Below are positions 1 through 12,867 of a DNA stretch of 64,000 bases, in pieces (positions within the stretch are counted from its first letter, which is position 1; each line of letters opens with the position of its first letter). Both the position numbers and the translations under genes were made by a program. Source of the DNA: Macrostomum lignano (taxonomy: Eukaryota); the NCBI GenBank assembly GCA_002269645.1, contig NIVC01000176.1, forward strand, positions 248,001-312,000. The letters run 5' to 3'. The notes under the pieces are model-generated. The model saw only the letters and a program-made list of their open reading frames with translations. It ran no database searches and was not told the DNA's origin.

Positions 1-1023
1 CACCTGATACGGATTAACAAAGAAGTCGTCGTCGACAAACGCCGTGAATCGAGCTCCGGGACACTCGGAGTCGGACCACTGGATGCCCGACATCAGCTTG
101 AGCGTGTTATTGAAGTAGTGATCAACGAACTCGCGCACCAGCAGGTCGCCATGGCGCGAGTCCTCGTCCAGCAGCGATTGGCGCCAGTCGCGCACCCGGC
201 GGAGGATCCGGCGCCTCCGCTTGACGCCGTAGGCAGCCTCGGCGCCAAGCAAAAAGTAGACTCGAACCCGCTGGCGCCAGCAGTCGGGCCGGGCCCAGGT
301 GCGCCGAATGGCCTCGCGGTTGGCCAGATTGGCCGGGTGAGACTTCACCAGCACCAGCAGCTCAGTCGGTTGGCCGCCTGCGGTTCTGTTGCACTCGCCG
401 GAGTGTTGAACCAGCCAGGGCGAACTAAACTGGTTGATGGGGCTAACGGAGACTGGCAGGTCAGAGCGCAGTCTGGCCAGCAGTTCCGGCATGTCGACGC
501 TGAGCGGATAGCGGAAGTCCTGGCTGCCGTAGCCGGCAAATGACCCGGTCTCCGTGAGCACCTCCGGGTCCAGCTGATGCTCCGAGCGCTGACCGTCGCT
601 GCCAGCGTCGCCACCAGGCGATTCGTTAAAGACGTTCTCCTCGACGAACACGTCGTCGACGGATTTCCGTTCGTAGAGCACTTCGCCGTTGCCGCTGCCG
701 CCTCCGATGCTGCTGCCAGCAGCAGCGCCTGCGCCAGCGCCGCCGCCGGTGGCATCATCAGAATCTGCCAGCCCGGCAGATTCAACAGCCGCGTTGGCGG
801 CCTCAGCTGACGCGTCCTTCATGCGAAAGAGCATCGAGTGCTTGTTGGAGCCGCTGCCGTAGCCGCCGCTGCGGACGACAATCGCCAGGATGAATATGAA
901 GCAGAGCACGTACACGAAGGTACAGGTGAAGATGCACAGCAGGCAGTCGGGACTCTTCAATCGGTTGGAGGCTCGATGACAGATGGCCGAGCAGATCCGG
1001 CCGGCCCTTCGAAGGCGCCACAT
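1..1023 (-). CDS. Beta-1,3-galactosyl/GlcNAc-transferase (GT31, Galactosyl_T; brainiac/B3GALT-like), 3'-partial
   Basis: Hand translation from ATG at 1023 (in-frame stop upstream) is open for 341 codons to the window edge. It gives a basic tail, a TM segment CLLCIFTCTFVYVLCFIFILAIVV and a Gly/Ala stem. GT31 motifs follow: LLVLVKSHPANLANREAIRRTW, VYFLLG, HGDLLVREFVDHYFNNTLKLMSGIQW and FVDDDFFVN (DxD). Confidence 0.9.
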   Translation of the reverse strand, partial: MWRLRRAGRICSAICHRASNRLKSPDCLLCIFTCTFVYVLCFIFILAIVVRSGGYGSGSNKHSMLFRMKDASAEAANAAVESAGLADSDDATGGGAGAGAAAGSSIGGGSGNGEVLYERKSVDDVFVEENVFNESPGGDAGSDGQRSEHQLDPEVLTETGSFAGYGSQDFRYPLSVDMPELLARLRSDLPVSVSPINQFSSPWLVQHSGECNRTAGGQPTELLVLVKSHPANLANREAIRRTWARPDCWRQRVRVYFLLGAEAAYGVKRRRRILRRVRDWRQSLLDEDSRHGDLLVREFVDHYFNNTLKLMSGIQWSDSECPGARFTAFVDDDFFVNPYQV

Positions 1024-1579
1024 GAGGCCTGGCAATGCTGCCGCATGCAATGCAAAGGCGGTCGTGGTGGTGACTTAAGAATTATAGCCAGCTAATATTC
1101 GATTTCGGCTGCTCTCTTCGCGCTCAAGCAGAGAAACGGCCTCTTTCCCCCCTTTTTCAAAGCTAGCTGATAAGAACGCCTCGACTCAAAACTGCCCACT
1201 GAGAGTAAAGAGAGGCACGACGGGGGAGGGAGGTCAGAGGGCGGCCCTGCAGTCTGTGCCAGAGTACTTATATAATATAACACACCAGCTCTCTCAGGGA
1301 ATGTGAGCATGATCGATGAAAATAATAGTTTTTGGTGCGCGCAAATTTTCTTATCTATATGATCGAATTGAACTGCAGGGTTTGGTGGTTGACACCCCCC
1401 CCCTTCAGCCTACAGGCGCGCCCGACCGATCCTAAAGTGTCTTTCCGCGTGCACCATCTGTGCCAGTGTGTGTTAATAATAACAATATTAACTGCAGAGC
1501 AAGATATAGGAGTATGGAACTTCCTATATTGTTATCAATATTAATATTATCACTGTATACTTTTACTATTGGTAATGGT

Positions 1580-2070
1580 AGATGAAGAGAGGGGGAGATG
1601 GTGGAGAGAGGGGAGAGGGGGAGATGGTGGAGAGAGGGGAGAGGGGGAGATGGTGGAGAGAGGGGAGAGGGGGAGATGGTGGAGAGAGGGGAGAGGGGAG
1701 ATGGAGATAGAGAGAGGGGAGATGGAGAGATGGGAGAGGAGATAGAGAGAGGGGAGATGGAGAGAGGGGAGATGGAGAGAGGGGAGATGGAGAGAGGGGA
1801 GATGGAGATAGAGAGAGGGGAGATGGAGAGAGGGGAGAGGAGATAGAGAGAGGGGAGATGGAGAGAGGGGAGAGGAGATAGAGAGAGGGGAGATGGAGAG
1901 AGGGGAGAGGAGATAGAGAGAGGGGAGATGGAGAGAGGGGAGAGGAGATAGAGAGAGGGGAGATGGAGAGAGGGGAGAGGAGATAGAGAGAGGGGAGATA
2001 GAGAGAGGGGAGAGGAGATAGAGAAAGAGGAGATAGAGAGAGGGGAGATGGAGAGAGGGGAAATGGAAGC
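1580..2070. repeat. GA-rich low-complexity minisatellite
   Basis: Repeated gagagaggggagatg-type units; explains ORFs 1432..2088, 1566..2072 and 1598..1846. Confidence 0.95.
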
Positions 2071-2310
2071 AAAGCAGAAGAACGTCAAAGCGCGAGGTGA
2101 GGTCAGGTTCGAAGTGCTATAAGTGGAAAGTGAAAGAAAGACGCCTAAATGAAACGATTAGGGGTCGGTAGCGGGGGCGTACAAGTGTAAGCATAGGAGT
2201 CTAGCAACCGAAGGTCTGGAACCGGCGGTCTGATACGTGCGTGAAGAATGGACTCAAGACTGACCTCCCATAATCGCTCTAGCTCAACCTAATCCGAAGT
2301 AACCGAAATC

Positions 2311-2477
2311 AACGGCAAGTCGGAGGAGAGGGAGAAACGCCGGAGACAGGGATGGACTCACAATGGTGATGGGACAGAAGACAAGAGCAGACAAACGGCA
2401 AGTCGGAGGAGAGAATGAAACGCCGGAGACAGGGATGGACTCACAATGGTGATGGGACAGAAGACAAGAGCAGACAA
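2311..2477. repeat. Direct tandem duplication of an ~83-bp unit (2 copies)
   Basis: aacggcaagtcggaggagag...acaagagcagacaa starts at 2311 and again at 2394. It abuts a minus-strand donor-like site (ACAG|GTGAGT at ~2486) that may be a 5'UTR exon boundary of the GT31 gene. Confidence 0.85.
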
Positions 2478-3768
2478 GCAACTCACCTGTCCCGCCCAGC
2501 CTGTCAATAGCACTATAGTTTCGATCATATAGAGTGCCGCCGGGGGCCCGCCTGCTTCCTTCGACTCGCATCCTGAGCCTGCCAAGCGACAATAGGAGTG
2601 CCATTGCATGCCAGGGAGTTACAATGGCCCCCAATAGCAATTAGTTTGACCGGATCTAATCGGGACTGTTCGATTCTGTCTGGCGCAGCCTCTGCAGTTC
2701 CTCTTTCTCGTTGATATATCCCCTCCTCGCATATGGTGGGGAGGAAGTGCAGTGACGGGGGGAGGGTTGAAGCGAAGGGAGCCCCCGCGCCGGCCCAGCG
2801 TGCCGGGGATAAATGCGCGTTCTGGGAGAGCGTGAGTTGGCTACTAATTTCCTCTTGTGCCACCCCAGCAGATCGCATCTGTGTGTGTGTGGGCGGGGGG
2901 GGGAGAAGGGAGTCAGAAGACTCAACGATTGGGAGTTTTGAGCTGGTAAGGGGGGAACCAACTGACTGTGAGGCTGATTTTCTTGGTTTCTGGCTGCCAC
3001 AAAGTGTGGCGCGCACGGGCCCGGTTTATGCTAGGTATAATAGATTGGTTGTGCCGCATTGATGGACATTAACTAGAGTAGATTGGGTGCTACACTTAAT
3101 TATGCCGGATTACTACCTTACATGTACTACGATGGCAAAGGAAGTGAATCTTTTCGAAATTCGCTGCATGGGAAATAGCCTGCATGGGTAGCAAAAGAGT
3201 TTTGAGTTTGGGGCAAATTAACTGCCAAAATTGCTAAATGTAGCGCATGGCTATACTTACCTATACAGTGCGATTCCAGCGCACTGCACGCGTCATGCAG
3301 GCGCACAGTAACATTTTAAACTGTGTGCAGGCACAGATATTTAAGGTAGCTATTCAGGTAGCAAGACCTGACACAGCATGCATGCACAGTAATGCCTATA
3401 GACCAATTGACGTGTATGTGTTTTATGGTCAGGATCGGCTCGAACGCAGAAAAGTTGCTTACATTTGGTGGCTACCCATGCACCAAGCAGAATTGAGACT
3501 TACAGTACTGCAGCGATACAGCGATAAAGCCTAGACTAAAACCACATGTAGCTGTCCCAACTCGAGTCAAACACGAGTAAAGGAAACTCGAACCAAAAGT
3601 AAACGTACATTTACGTTTCAAAGTTGTTATTGTGAATAAACTTGGCAACTATACACATGTACATTGCCATGTATACATGACGTACGAGTCAAGTGGCAAA
3701 TACCTCGTACTAAACTATAGTCATAGATTAAATTAAGAACCAAAACCGATATACATGTATGAGATCGG

Positions 3769-3769
<1 letters not shown>

Positions 3770-3813
<44 letters not shown>
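3770..3813. repeat. (TG)n microsatellite
   Basis: Perfect TG run. Confidence 0.98.
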
Positions 3814-3815
<2 letters not shown>

Positions 3816-6169
3816 TGTTTATTCTAATCAGCATAATATAAAATTTTATAATATGAATAACGCGTACTGTAACAGGCCGTAACACTGCGCAGTATCCTCT
3901 TCTTAGATACTTTGCATTGTATGAACTGTGAACTGCGTTTATAATTTGATTTATAATCGGATACTGTGATTATAAATCGGATACTAGTGTACTGCGCATG
4001 TATATGAACACGCAAACTAATTAAGAAAACGCATTATAATTTTAACGCAAAAACGTACTTGTAACAAACCACGATTCCATAGCATGCAGTCAGTCAAGTT
4101 TACAGCTGTATTGAGAAGAATCCATGATGTGATCGAATGATCAAACCAAATTTTCCTCAACCCAGTATACATATATACACATGCACTCTCGGAATATTAA
4201 AAGTTAACCTTCAGAAGCTTCAAATTAATGATGTTCGTAAAAAAGATCAAATTACATCCAAAAGAGACATATTTGATACAGTAGCTAGTACGTGACACGG
4301 TCCAGCTCGATCCGATTGTAATCTGTGCAATGTACATGTATATCTTTGGGAATCGATCTGTGTCCTACATTGTACATGTACATGCAAGGTCTGCATACCG
4401 TAGTAGAAGTTATAAGAAGTTCTATGTATAGACGATTCTCACAACAAACAGATCAATCATGCATGCACCGCATACTGTACAGAAAGAAGTGCAAAACATT
4501 TGACCAGTTATATGTACATGTACATATACGCATGTACATGTTGTACGAGTATGTTCAGGTAGAAGTCAACAATATATACATGTATGACCAATGTTCATAC
4601 ATGTACAGACGTATGTACGACGAATGAAAAGTATGTAGGCAGTAAGTATTTCATGCATATAGCCATAATTATGTCAAAGCATGAGTACATGTACATGTAT
4701 AGTTATACTCCCGATCGTGCATGGCCCAGCGTCTGCATGCATGTGTAAGTGTAGTGAACGGGATCGAAGATCTGCCAGAGAGTGGCCAGGATGTTTTGAC
4801 CAAGGACTTACTTAAGAACACTAGCGCACTGTGTTCTTACGTACATTAGTCCTTGCTTTTGACGATTTACATGTATGGCTCTTCGATCTCTTTCCGTAAT
4901 TCAGAATTGTGTGGAGTCATATCGATGATTTACGACCTGAATGCTCCATTTTGTTTCTATGTGTATCAATTAGTCGTCCTTGAGACACGTAAGGACTTTA
5001 GTAGGACTTGACTTGAGTTCATTCATGGACTCCACGTAGGTCGCTTTGTTCATGTGGTGTACATGTACATTAAATTGAACTCAAAACTGATAAATATTAA
5101 AACAAATGCAGCCAACTTTTTTCATGGGTTTAATCGAAGGGTGCGAAAAAATGCGGTTTTGTTTCTTAAAAGCTTTATTTTTGCTACGAATAAAGTTACT
5201 GCAGGATAAAAACTGTGTTTAAATTTGTTTATTGTACAAAATTTTGATTCAGCTTTCTCGATAGAATTTTATTTTTGGTATTAGAATAGAACACAAGAAC
5301 AGTGAGTATCAAAGTAAAGTATAAGTAGGCCTAGGCCTAGCTATTTGTTGTACAGGAAGAACATTAACTTATTAAAAATATTATAATAGTTCGTAGACCC
5401 TCTTAACTCATGCAATTTAACTCGTTAACTGATATTGAGGTACTGATATTGAGTAACTGATATTGAGGTATACCTCTCGTTAACTGAAAGAGGTATCTTG
5501 AATATTTTTTTCATATTCTGCTTCTGGATCATTTATGTATTTTATTTTATTAACCAAATGTCCTGAACAAACCTATCCATAGCATCTGACAGTTATTTTG
5601 TGCCCAAAATTATGCAATATAAAATAAGTTTATCCCAAAGCTAGACAAATGAAACTTTGATAGAATAATTGTTGAATATTATTTATTTTAGTAGGATTTT
5701 TTTTCAAATTGACTATATTTTAAATGTAAATTGAAATCAAGAGTCCAAAAGAATGTTTTGTCAAATAAAAAGTACTTTTTCCTGATTTGAAACAGATATA
5801 GGCCTACTAGCATTTTTAAACTTGGTTTGGTTTTTGCTAAATGCCAAATAGAGACAATGTATCAAAAATTAAAAATAAACTAGTGCAAAATATACACAAT
5901 GTAAAAAATTATATTTCTGTTTTTTATAGAAATATTTCTATTAGTTTTTATCTATAATACTACAGTTTGATCATTAATAATAAAATCTTTAAATTGTCAA
6001 GCCTAACTAGGCCTATTCTAAATTTAGAGCTTTATTTTCAATTTTCAAGCTAGTTATATAGGTCTAATAAGTCTTTTTAAGTTAATTTTTTTCATTGAAT
6101 TGTCATGTTATTACATTATTGTCAAGCTTTGTAACAACACAGAATAGTATACTATGCTATGCATGCTAC

Positions 6170-9100
6170 ATGTCCTGCCCAGCCAGTTTCTACAACCTGC
6201 ACCAATGGCAGAAAGAGTGCGGCTTTGCCTTGCCAACCACCAGCGAGGCCACAGCAAAGCTCTACCATGCCACCCTGCACCAGTTTGCCAGCCTCACAGA
6301 TGAGCCATCTCTGGGCGGCCTGGAGGCCTGCCTCACTCGCCTGCTCGAATCTGAGCCCGAGTTTCTGCCTGGCTGTCTGCTCCACGCCTCTCTGGTTTTG
6401 CCCAGTTTAGAGCCCGGCTCGCCTGAGTTCGCCGACGAAATGGCCCGCGTCACCGACCTGGTGGACAGCAAGAGAAGGTGCGAATGTGGGGAGCCTGGGT
6501 AGTGGTTATAACTGAGCTGAGACTTGCTTCGGGTTTGCCCAAAAATACCATAGAGACTGAGATGTTAAGAAGACACGATATATATGAGACTCTGAAAGAA
6601 TAGATGAAAGGATATAAGAAATGAGATTTGATGAGAGATGGGATTCCGATAGATGAGAGATGGGATTCCGATAGATGAGAGATGGCATTCCGATAGATGA
6701 GAGATGGGATTCCGATAGATGAGAGATGGGATGCCGATAGATGAGAGATGGGATGCCGATAGATGAGAGATGGGGTGCCGATAGATGAGAGATTGGATTC
6801 CGATAGATGAGAGATGGGATTCCGATAGATGAGAGATGGGATTCCGATAGATGAGAGATGGGATTCCGATAGATGAGAGATGGCATTCCGATAGATGAGA
6901 GATGGGATTCCGATAGATGAGAGATGGGATTCCGATAGATGAGAGATGGGATTCCGATAGATGAGAGATGGGATTCCGATAGATGAGAGATGGGATGCCG
7001 ATAGATGAGAGATGGGATGCCGATAGATGAGAGATGGGATGCCGATAGATGAGAGATGGGGTGCCGATAGATGAGAGATGGGATTCCGATAGATGAGAGA
7101 TGGGATTCCGATAGATGAGAGATGGGATTCCGATAGATGAGAGATGGGATTCCGATAGATGAGAGATGGGATGCCGATAGATGAGAGATGGGATGCCGAT
7201 AGATGAGAGGAGATTCCGATGGATCAGAGTGGAGACGAAATATTGAAAGAATAGGACCGATATGGATCGATAGATGAAATGAGACACCGAGATGTGAGAT
7301 GAGAAACGGACACACAAAGCCATAGCAATAAGTTATGAAACAAAGAGATTGATAATGAGACCCGCCTTCTCCCAGCAGAGCTGGCTGTCTCACCGATTGG
7401 GAGGACTCAACCTGGTTGAACCTTCAGACCAGCCTCGATGGCGACTGGCTCGCGCTGGAGTCGCTGCTGGACCGCCACTTGCTGAAGTGGCCAGGCGACT
7501 ATGTCGCCTTTCAGAAAGCCTTCATTGTGGCGCTGATGAGCGGCAACTCGTTGCGGATGCGCGACCTCGGTGCTCAGGTGAGAGGCAGATGAGAGAATCG
7601 CCCCTCCCCTGAAAAGAATCGCCCCTCCCCACACGAGAATCGCCCCTCTCCTCACGAGAATCGCCCCTCCCCTGAAAAGAATCGCCCCTCCCCACACGAG
7701 AATCGCCGCTCCCCTCACGAGAATCGCCGCTCCCCTCACGAGAATCGCCGCTCCCCTCACGAGAATCGCCCCTCCCCTCACGAGAATCGCCCCTCCCCTC
7801 ACGAGAATCGCCCCTCCCCTCACGAAAATCGCCCCTCCCCTCACGAGAATCGCCCCTCTCCTGAAGAGAATCGCCCCTCCTCTGAAGAGAATGGTCTTCC
7901 CTGAAAAGAATCACCCCTCTCCCAAAAAAGAGAATCGCCCCTCTCCCGAAGAGAATCGCCCCTCTCCCGAAGAGAATCGCCCCTCTCCCGAAGAGAATCA
8001 CCCCTCTCCCGAAGAGAATCGTCCCTCTCCCGAAGCGAATCGCCCCTCTCCCGAAGAGAATCGCCCCTCCCCTAATGAGAATCGAGAATATGGTATTTCT
8101 AGGAAAGCAAGTCAAACCTGGCGAACAAACCCGCCCGCCAGGTCGTGCCGCACTACTCGAACTCCAATCTGTTCAAGCCGTTCGCCCTGTCCCGTCACGG
8201 GTTCGGCCTAGAGGAGTGTTACCAGTTTCAGCCAGCCACCGACGTGCTGGACAGCGCGCTGCGGCTCAACCCGGCCGACCCGTGGGCCCACCACTCCATG
8301 GCTCACGTGTTCCACTCCACTGGGCGCTACGCTCAGGGTCTCGGCTACATGCTCGGCACCAGGGAGACCGGCTGGCTGCCCGGCAACCATCTGAGCTGTC
8401 ACAACACCTGGCACACTGCGCTGTTTTATATGAACACGGGCCGGACAGACCGGGCTCTCGAGTTGTACGATCAGTTCATGCTGGACGCGCTGACTGCTAG
8501 CAAGGGAGCCTTTCCCGCATCAGACTGCGTGTCACTGCTGTTCAGGTTGCAGGTGAGTGCCATCTGTTTATTGCTTGTCATTTTTAATGTCACAGAGATG
8601 CCTAAAAATAATGCATATGGTTAAGAAAAAATATTAAGGTAAAAGTAAACGTGTAGAGGTCGAACGGAACATTCGAAGGTCAAACAGGACATTAGAAGGT
8701 CAAACGGATCATTAGAAGGTCAAACTAAAATTATTAAGGTCAAAGTAGACACTTAAAGGTCATTTGAAACATTTGAAGGTCAAGCAAAACATTTCAAGGT
8801 CTGACGAAACACTTGAAGGTCAAATCAAACATTTGAAGGTCAAATCAAACATTTGAAGGCCAAATCAAACATTTAAAAGTCAAAGCAAAACTTACTGTCT
8901 TGCTGTAAAAGCAAAACTTTCAATAATTTAAATTTCACCCCACCCCCGCTTCCAGGTGGCCGGCGTTGACGTCGGCAAGCGCTGGCAGGAGCTGTGCGAC
9001 TCCGCCCTGACCGAAATGACCGCCGCCACCGCGCCCGCCTGCAAAGCCGGCGCCACGCCTGGTCACGATTTGCTGTTCTACGATTTCCACCTGGCCCTGG

Positions 9101-9528
9101 CGCTGGCCTGCGCCGGCCGGACTGATCAGTTGGCCGAATTCTCGGACAGACTGGTCGACACTATCAAACAACGTCCGGAGTGGCATCACAGCGTCCGACT
9201 GTGCCGCGGCGTCGCCGTCGACGGTGGCCTCGGCGAGGACGGCGCCGCCGGTCTGGTGGCGGCTACCCAAGATTTCCTCGCCGGTGACCACTCGGCCGTG
9301 TGCCGGCGGCTGCACCCGCTGCGGCACCGGCTGGCCGGCGTCGGGGGCAGCCGGGCTCAGCGGGAGATTTTCACCTGCGTGCTGGCGCAGTCGGCCTGCC
9401 TGGCCAAGGACTGGCCCGTGCTGGGCAGTCTGCTGGCCGCGGCAGAGGCCGAAGGTCGACAGGACGATGCGGCGATGGCTCGCCTTCGTCGGGAGCACCT
9501 GCGTCACGGGGAGACCTGCTCAGAGTGA
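6170..9528 (+). CDS. TTC38: Tetratricopeptide repeat protein 38 (4 exons, ~497 aa)
   Basis: Exons 6170-6477, 7376-7577, 8142-8552 and 8956-9528 are GT-AG and phase-consistent (1494 nt). Motifs match TTC38 throughout: LPTTSEATAKLYHATLHQF..DEPSLGGLEACL, LNPADPWAHHSMAHV, LSCHNTWHTALF, SDCVSLLFRLQ, GVDVGKRWQ, LLFYDFH and GGSRAQREIF. Confidence 0.93.
6630..7215. repeat. 23-bp minisatellite in TTC38 intron 1
   Basis: Unit gatagatgagagatgggattcc(g); source of ORFs 6506..7393 and 6565..7323. Confidence 0.95.
7590..8075. repeat. 21-bp minisatellite in TTC38 intron 2
   Basis: Unit gagaatcgcccctcccctcac and variants. Confidence 0.95.
8655..8890. repeat. Degenerate ~20-bp repeat in TTC38 intron 3
   Basis: Recurrent gaaggtcaaa..aacattt units. 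Confidence 0.8.
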
Positions 9529-9554
9529 TGCTCTGACTCGGACATAAGAGTTGA

Positions 9555-10072
9555 GTAGAGCAGGATTGGGTAGAGTAGGGTAGGATTGGGTAGAGTAGGG
9601 TAGGATTGGGTAGAGTCGGGCAGGATTGGGTAGAGTAGGGTAGGATTGGGTAGAGTAGGGTAGGATTGGATAGAGTCGGGCAGGATTGAATAGAGTAGGG
9701 CAGGATTGGGTAGAGTAGGGTAGGATTGGGTAGAGTAGGGCAGGATTGAGTAGGGTAGGATTGGGTAGAGTAGGGCAGGATTGAGTAGAGTAGGGCAGGA
9801 TTGGGTAGAGTAGGGTAGGATTGGGTAGAGTAGGGCAGGATTGAGTAGAGTAGGGTAGGATTGGGTAGAGTAGGGTAGGATTGGGTAGAGTAGGGCAGGA
9901 TTGGGTAGAGTAGGGTAGGATTGGGTAGAGTAGGGCAGGATTGAGTAGAGTAGGGTAGGATTGGGTAGAGTAGGGCAGGATTGAGTAGAGTAGGGTAGGA
10001 TTGGGTAGAGTAGGGCAGGATTGAGTAGAGTAGGGCAGGATTGGGTAGAGTCAGGCAGGATTGAGTAGAGTA
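9555..10072. repeat. 20-bp minisatellite 3' of TTC38
   Basis: Unit ggattgggtagagtagggta/ca. Confidence 0.95.
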
Positions 10073-10903
10073 GTGTTGGATGTCCTTAGTTGGTTGATAT
10101 CACTGCAGGTCAGGAAGCCGATATTTCATTCAATTGCTTTAGCGCACCTTATTTCGTCAGAAGCTTTTAATTTGAATAATTGATGTTTTTGTTCGCAATG
10201 AATTTTAAATCACTTACCTGTCGCTGCTGCTGTATAAAGTCTGGCAATATCCATCCTTGATTTGTCGTAAGCCCATGTAAATTGGCTGTTTTGTCCGAAA
10301 TAAAATAATGGTGCGATTCGCTTAAGAAATGAAATGAAATCGTTCTGTCTGCTCTTTTATTTCTTATTTTAGTTTCTCGTCACGACAGTTTAGCTTCGCT
10401 TTGCGAAGTTCTCTACTGCCGATAGTAGAAAGTAGCGATTGCGACGCGAATAATTTGCGGCAACTGGTTGAAGAGAGGATTCATCCACAAAGAGAAGTTC
10501 TACATGTACAATCAGGCAAAAGTTGCATTGCAAAGGCTTTCTCCAAACGGCTTGAACGTATTGGCATAAGTTTGACTTGCTTCACAATCAAAGTTTTGAT
10601 GAAGATTGATCAGTTATATTTTAGGCGAGATGTTGTTTTTCGTTTATTTGACCGTCAAAAAAATTGATGATATATGAAAATTAATGAGTGCATTTGTTTT
10701 TTTAACTATTTTGCGTGTTTCAATTGTTGGGATGGCAACCGAAGATGTGTTTTTAGTTTCTAAGCGCGGTAATTAGAAAGACGCTCATGTCGATTTTTTC
10801 AGTTTTCCGCTAAGCCGCGCTCTTTCGACAAGATAAGCGTATAAAAAATATCTGTTTTTGTTTAAAATTAATAAAATTCGCAGCTCATACTACTGGCCAG
10901 TTG

Positions 10904-11800
10904 TCAGTAGACGTAGCGAAACTGGCTAGGCTTGCAATAGTTGGAGCAGATTTTCTTCAAGCCGGCTCTGGCGAAATCGCGATTGCAGTCGCTGTGATGC
11001 CGCCTGTTCTCGTATGCGATGTCGTACAGCATGTTGCTGCCCAGCGGGCGCGGGTTGTTGGGCGCCGACAGGAACAGCCGGCCCCTGCCCGGCACCATGG
11101 CAACCTTCTTGTACAGCGTGGCTACGGGAATCACGCGGCACTCGTTGAACAGAGTCTGTTGGGTCTGTTTGTGCCTGGCTGTTGTGGGACCGCCGCGGAA
11201 AATCCTTGGCCGTTCGATTGGCGGGTATTGGGCCAGCTTCTGCGGCTCGGGAGGCTGCTCCTCCTCGGCCGGCTCCGGCTGCGGTGGCGGCGTCGGCAGC
11301 AGCTTCTCATCCTCCGCCTGCGCTTCGTCGTTATTATCTGGATCGTTGCCGCCGTTGTTCTGCTGCTGGGCCTCGGCAGACGGCGTTGTCGGCGACACCG
11401 GCTTCTTATTCGACACGTTCTCCAGCTTGTCGAGATCGTTCGGCCTTCTGCGTCGCCGAGTGCAGCCGCCGTTCGTCTTGCGACGACTGGCCTCGGCGCC
11501 GGTGCTGTTGCTGACATTCAGCCGGCCGCCTCCGCCTCCGCCGCTGTTCAGCACGGAACGGAAGAATGACCGGACACGGCCTTTGAGCGATCTGGATGAC
11601 TTGCGCTGTTTGTCCATTTCTTGATCGTCGAATTCTTCGGAGTTGCTGCTGTCTAACTCGGCGCTGGCCGCGTCAATTGCGGCTTGGGTTGCTCGCACCA
11701 GCTGCCGGTCGGCCTCGGTGGCTTCGGGCAGCGCCGACGGCGGCGTCCAGCAGGCGGTGGAACGCCGATCGGCCTCGTCGCTAAATCCGTCGGGAAGCAT
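10904..11800 (-). CDS. Hypothetical single-coding-exon protein (~298 aa) with a disordered N-half and a Cys-containing C-terminal ~90 aa
   Basis: Long non-repetitive GC-rich ORF. First ATG is at 11800, and an acceptor-like ttttgctcag lies just upstream at ~11860. Has a basic TRRRRRP patch and acidic/Pro-rich tracts. No family recognised. Confidence 0.7.
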   Translation of the reverse strand: MLPDGFSDEADRRSTACWTPPSALPEATEADRQLVRATQAAIDAASAELDSSNSEEFDDQEMDKQRKSSRSLKGRVRSFFRSVLNSGGGGGGRLNVSNSTGAEASRRKTNGGCTRRRRRPNDLDKLENVSNKKPVSPTTPSAEAQQQNNGGNDPDNNDEAQAEDEKLLPTPPPQPEPAEEEQPPEPQKLAQYPPIERPRIFRGGPTTARHKQTQQTLFNECRVIPVATLYKKVAMVPGRGRLFLSAPNNPRPLGSNMLYDIAYENRRHHSDCNRDFARAGLKKICSNYCKPSQFRYVY

Positions 11801-12867
11801 CGCGGGCGGGTTTAGTTGGTCAAAAATAAATTGCGCGTGTGGAATCTGCGCCAAAAGCTGAGCAAAAGTCTGCTGTAAGCTTCTGAGTGACGTCCTGAGG
11901 CATGGGCCATAGACTATATGTTAATTTAGTAGACAAACGTAGTAAAAGGTGAGCGAGAATTTATTGAACTTTTAGCTATTGAAACACTTCTGATTTTCCG
12001 ATTTTTATAAAACATTTGGGTCAAATTTGCTCTCTTTCTGCAGGTTGTCAATGAGAATCAGCATTTCGATTGAACTTGACCAATAAAATTACATAAAAGC
12101 TAGCCAAGTTTCAATTGTCTGGAAAGGTCAAGGAAATAACTGGATTGGGAAGATCCAACTACAATATTTACTGCAATTACTCTCGTCCACTACGCTCCTA
12201 GTCACAACGTCCCGCATACTGCAGCTATGCAGCAGCAGCTCAACAGCCCATAGTTGAGCAACTTCTGCTAAGACCAAAGCGACTGACTAAAATTACATTA
12301 TACACACATGCGGCAAACATTCTGGCCTGGCGCGGCGCTCTGATGTGCCAGCGGCCCAGACTCGATTCCCAAGTGCAGTCACATTAATCTGAAGCTAAGT
12401 TGGAATCTCGGCTTGGCTCTGGTCGTGCAATTAATAGCCTTGAGGGCCAACACCCCCCCCCCCAAAGGCACAATGAAGTTTACATGCCTAACGATAAATA
12501 GGGTAGTTAGGGTAGCTGTACACTCCTGTGTGAGTGTGTGCCTGCGTACGTATCCGCGCACTTGTGTGCCTGCTCAGGGGGAGTCGGCGGAATGGGCAGC
12601 AATGCCTCTCGCCGGTTGTGTGACAATCTCGCTTAAAGTGCGCCAGGGTGCATGTGCATGCGTCAAAGAAGCACTGTAAGAGTAAAGTCCATTCAGATAC
12701 GAGCCATATGTATGCTCGGGGTATGCAGGCAAAGGGAGAGCGAAACAGTTATGGAGCTCTTTTGACAATATAAGCAGCAAAGTTTAGCTAGTCGTAAAAA
12801 AAAGTTTCGCTAGCTATAATCTGACGCCAATTCGCGTTCGTAAAGTTTGAGCATTTTGAAACAACAC

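Noticed and set aside
118-1095. ORFs 118..543, 345..785, 577..810, 803..1021 and 838..1095
   Set aside because: Shadow frames of the GC-rich GT31 coding sequence.
10040-10320. Possible small minus-strand exons (donor CAG|GTAAGT at ~10218, acceptor at ~10105)
   Set aside because: Splice signals look plausible, but the peptide is short and unrecognisable and cannot be linked to a gene; may be UTR or chance.
10920-10960. Similarity between orphan KICSNYCKP and kinase tail KCFNYCKK
   Set aside because: Only a few residues match with no extendable alignment, so likely chance.
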